64,000 nucleotides of DNA from NCBI GenBank assembly GCA_963770895.1, contig CAVYRF010000001.1:1792001-1856000 (forward strand), read 5' to 3'. The notes under the pieces are model-generated. The model saw nothing but the letters and a program-made list of their open reading frames with translations, had not been told where the DNA came from and did no database searches. Below, piece by piece: positions 8,832-41,671 of the stretch. The translations under genes were made by a program, and so were the position numbers. The stretch comes from an uncultured Acidobacteriota bacterium (GTDB lineage Bacteria; Acidobacteriota; Thermoanaerobaculia; Multivoradales; UBA5704). Every line of letters starts with the position of its first letter. The first letter of the stretch is position 1.

Positions 8832-9728
8832 ATGACGCACCGGTCGCTCGTTTCCTGCATTTCGGCCTTCCTGCTGTGGTGCGTACTTGCAGCCACGGCG
8901 AGTCTGGCTGCTACCAATGCGCCCGCTCCAGCGCCGGCGCCAGCGCCGCACGCGGCGGCGGCACCCGCGACGGCGCATCCGGCGGCACCCGCGACGGCGG
9001 GAGGGCGCGGCGGCGCGGCGGCGGCGCCTCTGGGCAGGGGCGGAGTCCCCTCGGGCGGTGCGGCGCGCGGCCTGGTGAGCCCGAAGATGGGCAGTGCGCT
9101 GAGCGGCCGGTCGGCCGGGGTCTCCACGTCGGCGGCGGCGCGGGCCGGGTCCCGGCAGGGGTTCAGCACCAACCCCAATCTGTTCAACTGCATCGACAAC
9201 GCGGGCAACCAATACCAGTCCCCCAGCCCCTGCCCCTTCGGCGACGGCGCGGCGGGCGCACCGGGCAGCATCGGCGGCGATACCTACAACTTCAACCTGT
9301 TCGTCTTCATGGTGCCGGGGGCTCAGCGCCAGCAGGTGGCCGCGGAGCCGGGAGGCCTCGGCGGTTTTGCCGAAGCCACCGCCGCGGGCCGCGGCGCCGG
9401 CGTCAAGGCAAGCAACGCCGGCGGCATCGCACCGGGCACCGGCGTCCGTCTGGTGGACCCCTTCCTGGAGCGCGCCGGACTGCCGATCGCCACTCAGGCC
9501 CAGGGCTACCCGGTGGTTACCAACATCTCCCAGAGCCCCTCGCAATATGCCATCGTGCTGCGCTCCGGCCTGGCCCTGGCGACTCAGGAGCCGCCCACCC
9601 GGTCGGGCAACCTGATCGTCGGCCACGACCGCACCGGCCACCTCTTCTCGGTCCGCTCCACCGAAGTCGACCTGGCCGCCTCGCAGATCCCGGCACCACC
9701 CGCGGCGGCGCCCAAGCAGAAGCCGTAA
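8832..9728 (+). CDS. Secreted hypothetical protein
   Basis: Signal peptide MTHRSLVSCISAFLLWCVLAATASLA, Pro/Ala linker, then a globular region with a Cys pair. Confidence 0.75.
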   Translation: MTHRSLVSCISAFLLWCVLAATASLAATNAPAPAPAPAPHAAAAPATAHPAAPATAGGRGGAAAAPLGRGGVPSGGAARGLVSPKMGSALSGRSAGVSTSAAARAGSRQGFSTNPNLFNCIDNAGNQYQSPSPCPFGDGAAGAPGSIGGDTYNFNLFVFMVPGAQRQQVAAEPGGLGGFAEATAAGRGAGVKASNAGGIAPGTGVRLVDPFLERAGLPIATQAQGYPVVTNISQSPSQYAIVLRSGLALATQEPPTRSGNLIVGHDRTGHLFSVRSTEVDLAASQIPAPPAAAPKQKP

Positions 9729-9835
9729 ACCGGCGCCGGCCCAGGCGCCAGCTTTCCTCGCCCTCACCTGGGCGGGCGGCCGCATTTCCTGGTACCGTTC
9801 GGGCTTCACTGCGGCCCTCGCCAGGAGGTAACACC

Positions 9836-10000
9836 ATGTCGGAGGACGCGGACCAGATCGCCAGCCCGACGTCCTGGAAGACCGCACCCATCCCTGCCCA
9901 GGTCGCGACCCAGCCCTTCGCGGGGGGCCCGACCAGAGCGCCTGCACCCCCAACCACACCGTACCTGGGCAGTGAGGCGGCGTCCAGCCGACCGCTTTGA
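9836..10000 (+). CDS. Small Pro-rich ORF or 5' remnant of a decayed gene
   Basis: Strong SD aggaggt before ATG 9836; MSEDADQIASPTSWKTAP...SSRPL. Confidence 0.4.
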   Translation: MSEDADQIASPTSWKTAPIPAQVATQPFAGGPTRAPAPPTTPYLGSEAASSRPL

Positions 10001-10350
10001 TTGGTGCCTGAGGCGGGGCTCCCATTGCGGAATGTTGTACCTGTTGAGCCGGCGCCAGGGGGGCCATGGACAGTGCCTCAATGGCAACTACATCCTGACC
10101 AGCATGGCGCTGCGACGCACCACTGTGACGGCCCGCGACGACGACACCCCCGGGGAGTGGACCACGAAGGCACAGGGTCTCACCTGGCCGTGCAGCAATA
10201 GTTGCACCAGCCTGGCCAAATCCTCCAAGAGCGACGGCCGCGCCCCATCCACCAGCTCTGAATGCTGGAATGCATCCGAAGGCGGTGGGCCATCACTGAG
10301 AGTGGTGTCGAGCCAGCCACGGATCGGGGCCCACCGCCGAGCGCAACCCC

Positions 10351-12760
10351 CTATTGGAAGTAGCCGCTGACGTCCAGGATGAGCTCTACAGACGAGCTGC
10401 CGCTGTTGAGTACCGTGATCCCTCCAGCTCCGTCACCGGACAGGCTGATCACGGCGTTGTTCGCCCTCACCACCCCGGTCCGGTAGTTGATTGTAGAAGT
10501 AGCCGGCAGTCCGCGGTCGCTGGCTCCGATGGTCAGGTAGCCGTCGGCCGTGGCGCCGACGACCGTCACGTTGACGGAGACCGCCTGTGCAGTGGCCGGT
10601 ATGCCGCAGATTCCGGTCGTGGCAAAGACTCGGTCAGCGCTCGCTTGCAGCGCCGGACCGGCGAGGACCCCTGGGGCATTGCGCGTATCGACGACCCGGC
10701 ATGGCGCCAAGGTGTAGAACTTCAAGCCGGGCGGCGCGGGCAGATAGTCCCAGATGCCCTTGCCGTAGGTCCCGAACCGCACTGCGCCGAGCGCCGGTAC
10801 GCCTTCGACCGACCAGTAGTCCTGGAGTGGAGCATTGCCGGAGACGATACTTTTCCAGGTCGCTGTCGCCGCATCGAAGACGAACGCACCGGCATCGGCG
10901 GCGGCGTAGAGATTCAATCGGACGGGATCGTCGAATGCGAGCCCCAGCACGAGTGTGCTGGGGAGGCCGTCGCCCATCGCCTGCCAGGTAACGCCGCCAT
11001 CCGTGGTCGTGTAGACGGCCGGTCCGCTGTATCCGCTCCCGCCGACGTAGCAGGTGGTGGCGACGATTGGCGAGCAGACGATCGTCGTGCCATAGAGATA
11101 TTGGAATGCGGGGCCTGTGGATGCCGACAGCGTCCACGTCGCGCCCTGGTTGTGGGAGTACCAGAGGTAGCCTTGGGCTGACGCCGCGTACCAGAAGCTG
11201 GGATTGACATGGGAGATGGCGAGCGCGGTCACATAGTCGTGGTTGGAGCCGCGGGAGAAGTCCTGCGGCATGGCGGTCCAGTGCCAACCGCCAGCGTCGA
11301 GATTGGCGCGAAGCAGGGGGTTGCCGGTCAGATAAACGACGTCCGCATTGGTGGGATCGGCGAGGATGAAGGGCAGCCACGGGCGGTTCGTGGCGGCGGG
11401 ATAGGCTGGGAGCTCCGTGACGCTGTGCGGCGGGGACTCACGGTCGAGAACCACCACGTACGAATCGCCGCCAGCCGCGGCGTAGAGCATGTTGTGGTCG
11501 CCGGCAGACGAGGTCAGATGGCCATAGTCGCCGCCGTCCAGGATGTTGAAGGTCATCGCGGCGCGCGGCGCCGATTGCGACTGCTGGAAGCCTTGATCCT
11601 GTGAGCCCCCAGCGATCAAGTCCGGATCGTTCTTGCTGGTCAACGTGCTGTAGTACTCGCCGTTGATGATGCCCGACAGGGTTATATTGTCGAAAGTCGC
11701 TCCCAGATCGGTGGACATGTAGGTCCCGCCGTCGGTGTCGGTGAAGAAGGTCTCGGTGCCCCGGTAGCCGATACAGTCGATCCCGCGCACGTCCGCGTGC
11801 AGCAGGTGCGCCGGGTCATTGCCATAGTCCTGCCAGTCGGTCACCGCTTGGAAGGTCGCACCGCTGTCGGTCGAGCGGTAGGCGTCGATGCCGCCCAGCA
11901 TCACCAGGTTCGGAGTGGAGATCGAGGCGGTGACGACCCCCAGCGCCATGTACGGGTCATTGACGGTGCCGCGGTTGATCCAGGTCCGCCCGCCGTCAGC
12001 GGACGCGAACAGCACGGCTGTGTTCTGGCTGGAGTTGCCGGCGAGGACGTAGAAAGACGGCGCTCCGGCTTCGGAGCCCGCGATACGAAGGCTGTCGCCG
12101 GTCGCGCCCGGCAGGGTGCCGACGAGGGAGAAGGACGCACCGTGATCCGCGGAGGAGTGGAGGCCTGCATCGGTCAACAGATAGAGGGGGCCGGCGGCGA
12201 CCCGGCTCAGCCAGATGTCGGGAGCCGCTGCGGAGCTGCCGCTTACCAGTGCGGTGAAGTCGAGCCCGCCATCTTCGGAACGCAGCAGCGTATAGGTGAG
12301 AGAGGACCCGCTGTTCGGAACGGTGCTGAGGAGGTAGACCGTGCGCGAGGTCCCAGGTTCGCGCAGGAGGCGGGTGATGTGAAAACCGCTTGGCGGGATC
12401 TGCGGCGGACCGGTCGGCCTCGTCCAGGACACTCCTTGGTTCGTCGAAACGAACACCTCCGAGTTGGAGCTCAGGTTCTCGACCGAGTTTCCGCCCACGA
12501 CGACAATCCAGGACTCGGGTGTGCCTGGCACGACGACCAGCTGCTGCACTCCCGCGCCGACTTGGGCCGCACGCTGAGCCCAACCTGCGGACTCGGGCGT
12601 TCCCGAAAACAGGCCGCCGCCCTGATCGCCGCTGCCCAAAAGCAAGGTGTCGCCGTCTCCGGTCACCGCGGTCACGAACGTCCGTCCTGTCTGGTTGGTC
12701 GGTCCCCGCTGCTGCCAAACGCCCCCCGGCGGGGACCCGGCAGCGAGAGCGATAGGATGG
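10351..12760 (-). pseudogene. BNR/Asp-box beta-propeller (glycosyl hydrolase/VPS10-like) protein with C-terminal PCRVVDTR domain, apparently 5'-truncated
   Basis: Repeated SxDGGxT/SW Asp-boxes, HADVRGI, FGTYGKGIW, FYTLAPCRVVDTR...DVSGYFQ; no start codon or signal peptide before WQQRGP; the called ORF runs through the opposite-strand DinB gene. Confidence 0.7.
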
Positions 12761-12900
12761 CCTGTGTCGCCATGATGGCGCCGCCACGCCTTGAGCCGCG
12801 GCCGCCTGCTGAAATCGAACGGGTAGCATCTTCCTTCCTTGCGGCCCGAGCGCAGGCCACCATGCGAGGATTCCCTTTGCTCTTTCGACAGGAGGTTCCG

Positions 12901-13446
12901 ATGTCCGAATTTAGCAATCCCGTGGGCGAGAGCGGTTCTGCCGCGGACGCCTATGTGGCGGCCCTTCTTGCGCTGGTCGGAGACCGAGATCCCCTGGAGG
13001 TACAGGAGGAGCTGCCGCAGGTCCTGCACCAGCTCACGGCCGGCCTTGACGACGCCGCGCTCCGCCAGCCCGAGAAACCCGGCAAATGGTCGGTGATGGC
13101 GGTGGTGCAGCACCTGGCGGACAGCGAGCTGGTCAGCGGCTACCGCATCCGCATGATCCTCTCCGAGCCGGCACCCAGGATCCAAGCCTACGATCAGGAT
13201 CTGTGGGCGCGCGAGCTTCGCTATGACCGTGCCGGCCTGCCAGAGGCCCTTGAGGTCATCCGCGTCCTGAGGGGCGCCAACCTCCGCCTGCTACGGGCGC
13301 AAGACGATGCCCGCCTCGACCGCTTCGGACTGCACGCCGAGCGCGGCCAGGAGACCCTGCGCCGCCTGGTGCGCATGATCGCCGGCCACGACCTTGCCCA
13401 CCGCCGCCAGATCCAGCGCATCCGCGACGCCATCGGTGCTGCCTGA
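12901..13446 (+). CDS. DinB/YfiT-family putative metalloenzyme
   Basis: SD aggagg; PGKWSVMAVVQHLADSE, YDQDLWA, GLHAERG, MIAGHDLAHRRQI. Confidence 0.9.
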   Translation: MSEFSNPVGESGSAADAYVAALLALVGDRDPLEVQEELPQVLHQLTAGLDDAALRQPEKPGKWSVMAVVQHLADSELVSGYRIRMILSEPAPRIQAYDQDLWARELRYDRAGLPEALEVIRVLRGANLRLLRAQDDARLDRFGLHAERGQETLRRLVRMIAGHDLAHRRQIQRIRDAIGAA

Positions 13447-13538
13447 GGTCACGGTGACCGCGCGCCCCGCGCGCCGCCCGCGGCTGCCGTGAGGCGTGGG
13501 GGCAGGCTACACTGTGGCCGGCTTGGCACGGAGGAGCG

Positions 13539-14522
13539 ATGATCGACCTGGGAGCGGATATTGCGCGGTATGGGGTGGGGTTCGTGTTCCTGAACGTCTT
13601 CGCCACGCAGGCGGGCCTGCCGCTGCCGGCCGTACCGGCGATGATGGTGGCCGGCGGGCTGGCCGCCGAGGGCAAGCTGTCACCCTGGAGCGTGCTGGGG
13701 GCGGCGATCGGCGCGGCCGTCCTTGCCGATTCGCTGTGGTTCAACCTTGGGCGCTGGCGCGGGCGGCGGGTGCTGAAGGTGGTCTGCAAGGTCGCCGTGT
13801 CGCCCGACTCCTGCGTGCAGCGGATGGAGTCGCTGTACCAGCGCTTCGGCTTGCGCTCGCTGCTGTTCTGCAAGTTCGTGCCCGGCTTTGCGACCGTGGC
13901 GCCGAGCCTGGGCGGGGCGCTCAAGGCGCCGCGCTGGCGCTTCCAGCTCTACGATGCGGCGGGCTGCGCCCTGTGGGCGGTGAGCATCATCGGCACCGGC
14001 GCACTCTTCCACTCGGCGCTCGACAAGGCGCTGGCGGTGCTCGAGCGGATGGGTGCGCTCGCCCTGCTGCTGACGGCTGCCGCCGCGGCCGCGTACGTGG
14101 TGTGGCGGTTCGTCCTGCGGCGGCGTTTCATCCGCGACCTGCGGATGGCGCGCATCTCGGTGGAGGATCTGACCGCCGCGCTCGCCGGCTCCACGCCGCC
14201 GCTGATCGTCGACGTGCGCACCCGCGGCGCCGTGTGGCTCGACTCGCGCCGCATACCGGGAGCCTTGCGGATGTCCTTCGATGAGGTCGAGGAGCGTCTG
14301 GCCGAGCTGCCGCGCGGCCGCGACCTGATCCTCTACTGTACCTGACCGAGCGAAGCCTCGTCGGCCCGTGTGGCCTTCAAGCTAAAGCAGTTGGGTTTCA
14401 CCCGCATCCGCCCGCTGTTCGGCGGTCTGGAAGCCTGGATCGACGCCGGCATGCCGGTCGACGCCGACGAAGCCGCGGGCACCGCCGCCTGGAATGGCGA
14501 GCCTGCCGCCGACGGCCGTTGA
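13539..14522 (+). CDS. DedA/rhodanese fusion protein, probable selenoprotein (UGA 14343-14345 = Sec)
   Basis: DedA part (GLPLPA, LLFCKFVPGF); rhodanese part IVDVR...IPGA...ILYCT-UGA-PSEASSARVA..LKQLGF..IRPLFGGLEAW continues in frame to TGA 14520-14522. Confidence 0.85.
14352..14378 (+). promoter_or_regulatory. Putative bacterial SECIS element
   Basis: GGCC-CGUGU-GGCC hairpin with a GU-containing apical loop starting about 21 nt after the UGA; outer GAA/UUC pairing. Confidence 0.6.
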
Positions 14523-14548
14523 CGGCATCGGAGACGCCGCGCGGTTGC

Positions 14549-15358
14549 TCAGGGCCGCGTCGCCACGAAGAGCGTCCCCCAGTCCCGAATTGCGATGCCC
14601 TCGGGGCCCTTCCGCGCCTCGAACGCGGCGGCCAGGTCGAGGCGCAGGGCCTCGCGCAGCTCCTCGGGGACGGCTTTGGAGTGGTTGCCGAAGGCGCTCG
14701 ACTCGATGAACGCGACCACGTCCGCTCCCGTAGCGTGATGCCGGGAGCGCGCCGCGACGTGCAGCTCGGCGAGCACGAGGCCGCTTTCGACCACCATCGA
14801 GATCACGCGCGTGGTGGTGTAGTCCCGGCTCAGGGCGCCGAGGCCCGACCGGTCCACCCGCTCCGCGTAGGGCGGCCGTGCGAGCACGGAGCCGAGGACC
14901 GCGGGCACGGTCCCCGCGCCGCTCAGCTCGCCCGGAATCGTGGTCACCCCCAGGCGACCGCCGGGGCGCAGGACGCGGCGGATCTCGGCGAGCGCCCGCG
15001 GTTTGTCGGAGACCCAGTGAAAGACCGCCGACATGCTCACGGCGTCGAAGCTCTCGGCGGCGAAGGCGCCCAGGTCCTCGGCCTGACCCACCGCAAAGCT
15101 GATGCCGCCGGCACGGGCGTTCGCAATGGCGATGCGCTCGGCGACCGGGTCGATGCCGACGACGCTGCCCGTGGGACTCACGCGCTCGGCGATCCAGTGA
15201 GCGAGCCGGCCCGTGCCGCAGCCCACGTCGAGGACGCGATCGCCCGCCTTGAGGTTCAGGTGCTCGACGAGGCGCTTGCCGTTTTCGAACTGAAAGTCGC
15301 TGATGCGGTCGTAGGTTTCGGCGAGGTGCGAGGTGTCGTCTGTGAAAGAGGTTGTCAT
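14549..15358 (-). CDS. Class I SAM-dependent methyltransferase
   Basis: VLDVGCGTG, VVGID, SFDAV, VFHWV, RVLRPGGRL; start at ATG 15358; divergent from the NRPS. Confidence 0.9.
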   Translation of the reverse strand: MTTSFTDDTSHLAETYDRISDFQFENGKRLVEHLNLKAGDRVLDVGCGTGRLAHWIAERVSPTGSVVGIDPVAERIAIANARAGGISFAVGQAEDLGAFAAESFDAVSMSAVFHWVSDKPRALAEIRRVLRPGGRLGVTTIPGELSGAGTVPAVLGSVLARPPYAERVDRSGLGALSRDYTTTRVISMVVESGLVLAELHVAARSRHHATGADVVAFIESSAFGNHSKAVPEELREALRLDLAAAFEARKGPEGIAIRDWGTLFVATRP

Positions 15359-15573
15359 CGGTAGCTCCAGGCCGAAGTGTACCCTCCCGGCACCCTGCGT
15401 CGCAATCCTGAGGCTTTTCCTGCCACCTGACAATCACCGCATGGTCGGTGCATTGCAAGCAAGGTCGCATCGATTGCCAAAAATGACGGTTGTCGCCAAA
15501 GAAGCGCCGCGTTTCGATCTATTCGTATTGGTACATTTACACTTGCATCCGGTAGCGCGAAGGTTCCAACTCC

Positions 15574-38367
<22,794 letters not shown>

Positions 38368-38452
38368 ACCTGGAGGCACTGCCACCCGTGCAGGGGCAGG
38401 GGCGACTTGCAGGCCTCCTCAGAGCCGGCCCTGCGCCGGCAAGGAAGCGAAG

Positions 38453-38617
38453 ATGAAGAAGATTGCCGGCAAGCTCCACCTCAGCCGTGAGACCGTCCAC
38501 CACCTGGTGGGAAACCCGCCGAGCCTGCGCGATGCCGCCGCGGGCATCCCCCCGATCACCGTCGGGGTCAGCTGCCTCGCGTGCGGCGTGCACACGAGCG
38601 TGGCGATCGCCTGTTAA
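38453..38617 (+). CDS. Class I lanthipeptide-like precursor (KLxLxRET leader), 54 aa, absent from the ORF track
   Basis: SD aagga; MKKIAGKLHLSRETVHHLVGNPPSLRDAAAG-IPPITVGVSCLACGVHTSVAIAC. Confidence 0.85.
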   Translation: MKKIAGKLHLSRETVHHLVGNPPSLRDAAAGIPPITVGVSCLACGVHTSVAIAC

Positions 38618-38742
38618 CCGCATATCCTAAACGGTGGCGCCCTGCGGGTTGGCTCCCTGCCCGGTGATGGCGCCACTTTCTTCCCCGCCAAAAGCTCGCA
38701 CCGCCGGCCCGGCCCTTCAGAGGCGTCCGGGCCGGCACGCCG
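38504..38742 (+). repeat. Direct repeat copy 1 (about 240 bp: precursor 3' part plus two hairpins)
   Basis: Near-identical to 41303-41541; includes gtggcgcc...ggcgccac-tttctt and gccggcccgg...ccgggccggc hairpins. Confidence 0.9.
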
Positions 38743-38788
38743 ATGCTCGGACCAAGATCGAGGCCTGGCGCGGCAACGTATGCGGAGG

Positions 38789-39952
38789 TCAGCTCTCGCC
38801 GCCGGCAGGGACGGCTCGTGGCATCAGCACCATCCCTGCCGGGTCGCAGCCCTTTCTCGGGAACAGCCGCGGGCCGCCGCCGCCGATGCCCTCGAGCTTT
38901 TCGAGGCCGATCTGGTTACACCCGAGATCGAAGGCGGCCTTGAGATTCTCGCCAAATCCGATGGCCCGGTAAAAGGCGCTGCCGAAGGCCACTGCCGTCG
39001 CGTCCCACAGCTGCTGCGTCATGCCGATCGCACAATCGACGTGCTCGGCGAGCGCCTCCGCCTGGTTTGCGGTATTGCAGGCGTTGAGCACCACGCACGA
39101 AACATCCAGCATCGCAAAGAGCTGACCCAACGCCTCGCTACCGAGGAATTGCGCGCCGCCCGAGAGGTTCTCGAGGATGATGCCTCTCTGCGGATCACCG
39201 TGTCCCGCGAAATGCACGACACGCGGCCGATGGTGCAGCAGGGCGCGTTGAAGGTCTGTCACGCGCACCGACAGGCCCTGCTTGATCTCGTACCGCCCGC
39301 TTGGGGCCACCTCGCGCAGAGCCGACTCGATGTCTCTGAACTCACGATCGAACCTGATCCACGAGAGGACTCCGGGACTGGCAGCGAGAAAAAGCATGCG
39401 CAGAGGATCCGGCTTGATCTCCGGCCATGGGTGTCGCCGCACTCGTTCGGCGGACGGAGCCGGACCTGTCCCCGGACCTATCCCGTGCCTGGCGTCCCCA
39501 CCCTCTGTACCGTCGCCCGACGCCCGACGATGCCAGGACCTCAATATGGAATGGACGTCTGCGCCGCGGGGCCGGTCGAGAAACTGCTGGAGAAGATCGT
39601 CAGGGATCTTCAGCTCACGGCCTGAGCGCAGGTACTCTTGCCGCTGCTGCGGCCCCGGAGGCAGGGGTTGGTCGCGTGCCGTCGGCGGCGGCAGGCGTGC
39701 CCCGAACTCCACACCCAGGGCCAGGCGGTCGCGGCCCTGCTCCCGGAGCAGTCCGCAGATGCCAGCTTCGAGGTCCCAGGCATCCTCGCGCGTGGCCTTC
39801 GCGAGAGGAGCGAGCCCCAAGGCCGCCATCCTGTCGCGGACCACATCGAGCAGCTCCGCCTCGGCGCCCACGGGCCGGCTGGCAATCAGGGCATAGAAGA
39901 GGCGGGTCACTGCCCGTCCTAGCTCGACGGCGATGAGCAGCTCTCCAGTCAC
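38789..39952 (-). CDS. CHAT (caspase-like) domain protein
   Basis: RMLFLAASP, RFDREFRDI, VVHFAGHG and CVVLNAC (His/Cys dyad), AFYRAIGFG. Confidence 0.85.
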   Translation of the reverse strand: MTGELLIAVELGRAVTRLFYALIASRPVGAEAELLDVVRDRMAALGLAPLAKATREDAWDLEAGICGLLREQGRDRLALGVEFGARLPPPTARDQPLPPGPQQRQEYLRSGRELKIPDDLLQQFLDRPRGADVHSILRSWHRRASGDGTEGGDARHGIGPGTGPAPSAERVRRHPWPEIKPDPLRMLFLAASPGVLSWIRFDREFRDIESALREVAPSGRYEIKQGLSVRVTDLQRALLHHRPRVVHFAGHGDPQRGIILENLSGGAQFLGSEALGQLFAMLDVSCVVLNACNTANQAEALAEHVDCAIGMTQQLWDATAVAFGSAFYRAIGFGENLKAAFDLGCNQIGLEKLEGIGGGGPRLFPRKGCDPAGMVLMPRAVPAGGES

Positions 39953-39959
39953 CGTTGGT

Positions 39960-41045
39960 CTAGGGCAGCCGATCGTAGATTTCCAGATATAGAAAGATCA
40001 GGGCCAGCAGTTCGGCGCCGAACGACAGGATCGATCGGGTCTCATCGGTGAACAGATCCTCATGCTTGCCCTGGTTCATGCTGTCGACCGTCAGGAATCC
40101 GTATACGTTGGGTTCGCTTTCTGATTGCTCGTCGTGGTACGAGATCGGAACAACAAGCGTTGCATTGTACCGCCTTGGCCACTCCCGGTTGGCATTCTCA
40201 TAGTCGGGCATGGAGGTGAGGTCATTGGATATGAAGAAGTCCTTCTTTTGAAAATAAATTTTGACAAAATCGCTGTTGTGATTCAACGTATAGGCCGACC
40301 TCCTGACCTCCCGCTCGAGATGAACGGTCTTCGTATAGTGATCGCGGTCCAGCGTAATCACCTTGAGCTCGCCAGAGCCGCCGGCTGCGGCGTCCTTCCT
40401 GCCACCAATGATGGCCATCGCCATTTCATCCGTAACCACCGCCTTGACCGAGATCGACAGGTCTTCATTCTTGATTTCCCGGAAGCGAAGGTTTTTTTCC
40501 AGAATTCTCAATATCTCGCTGATCACCGCGTTAAGCGAGCGGTAGAGAAGATCGTTCAGGTTGCTCTTCCGGTAGTTGAAGCGATGCGGATAAATGACGG
40601 AACCGGCCTCTTTATAAAACGCATTCTTCGTTTTGCGCATGAGGACGTGATAGATGTGGATCTGCTGGACGATCAGGTTCCGAATGCTGTCCAACTGCGC
40701 TGCCGCCGCTGACTGAGAGCTCTTCAGCTGTTCATCTGCCGCTGCCTGAAAGACCTTCAGCCGTTCATCCGCCGCCAGCTGCGCGGCCTTTTTGGCATTG
40801 AGCACCTGGCGATATCGGAGGAAAAAGAAGCCGGTCAGGATGAGAAGCGTCACGAAAACGAACTCGTGGTGCACCAGGACCGTCTGCGGCAGGAGCGTCC
40901 GCGCGGACCACATCCACCAGCTGATGCCGATGCTCACCAGCGAGCAGGCCAGCGCGACGCCGACGAAGAACCGCTCTGGCTGGTGGCTGGCGTCGATCTC
41001 ATCGATGTCGAACTTCTTCTTCTTCTCCTCCTGCATTTCTGCCAT
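39960..41045 (-). CDS. Two-TM membrane protein with coiled coil and C-terminal GAF-like domain
   Basis: Start at ATG 41045 (SD ggggag); two hydrophobic helices; FISNDL...YENAN..W..RYNATLVVPI...VYGFLTVDS; visibly AT-richer than the flanks. Confidence 0.8.
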   Translation of the reverse strand: MAEMQEEKKKKFDIDEIDASHQPERFFVGVALACSLVSIGISWWMWSARTLLPQTVLVHHEFVFVTLLILTGFFFLRYRQVLNAKKAAQLAADERLKVFQAAADEQLKSSQSAAAAQLDSIRNLIVQQIHIYHVLMRKTKNAFYKEAGSVIYPHRFNYRKSNLNDLLYRSLNAVISEILRILEKNLRFREIKNEDLSISVKAVVTDEMAMAIIGGRKDAAAGGSGELKVITLDRDHYTKTVHLEREVRRSAYTLNHNSDFVKIYFQKKDFFISNDLTSMPDYENANREWPRRYNATLVVPISYHDEQSESEPNVYGFLTVDSMNQGKHEDLFTDETRSILSFGAELLALIFLYLEIYDRLP

Positions 41046-41302
41046 TCCGCATCTCCCCCAGGTCGGAGCGTGAGCGCCTTGGCGGCCTCTCACCGATGTG
41101 ACTTGCCAAGCTGATAAAGTGAATCTCTTCTAGAGGTTGACATATCTTGTCCGAAGAGGCAACTTGAAACCTGATGCTTGCGCGGCGTGCGGATGGGGCA
41201 CCCCGCTGCCCGCGGGGCGCTCAGGCCCGGATCGGTGTGGATGAGGCCGGGCGAGCGCGGCAGGCGCGCACCAAAAAAGGGGTGCTCGCCGCGCCGCCGC
41301 GG

Positions 41303-41541
41303 CTGGTGGGCAACCCGCCAAGCCTGCGCGATGCCGCCGCGGGCAGCCCCCCGATCACCGTCGGGGTCAGCTGCCTCGCGTGTGGCGTGAACTCGAATCC
41401 GTTCACCGCCTGTAACTGCACATCCTAAGCACGGTGGCGCCCTGCGGGTGGCTCCCTGCCCGGTGATGGCGCCACTTTCTTCCCCGCCAAAAGCTCGCAC
41501 CGCCGGCCCGGCCCTTCAGAGGCGTCCGGGCCGGCACGCCG
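41303..41541 (+). repeat. Direct repeat copy 2: leaderless variant precursor (LVGNPPSLRDAAAG-SPPITVGVSCLACGVNSNPFTACNCTS) plus hairpins
   Basis: Matches 38504-38742; differences cluster in the core codons; the MKKIAGKLHLSRET part is absent. Confidence 0.88.
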
Positions 41542-41671
41542 CGCCGGTCTAGTTTTCATCAAGCCATGCTCAGATGTGAAAAGTTGCAATCAACTTTGGC
41601 CGAAAGAATATGCGTCTGTTGACATGCGCAACGATATTGGTATTATGGCCATGTAAATCGGAGGAATTGAC

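Noticed and set aside
9998-10201. In-frame TGA followed by an open frame, as a second selenoprotein
   Set aside because: No Cys-type motif context or recognisable domain spans the stop; more likely a small ORF or decayed gene
11797-13185. ORF-track starts at 11797 (+) and 13185 (-)
   Set aside because: Overextended calls; the DinB gene starts at 12901 with a clear SD, and propeller homology stops near 12760
38504-41541. Repeat pair as template/variable repeats of a diversity-generating retroelement
   Set aside because: Differences are not confined to adenines (e.g. gtg/ccg, gcg/ttc) and no reverse transcriptase is in the window
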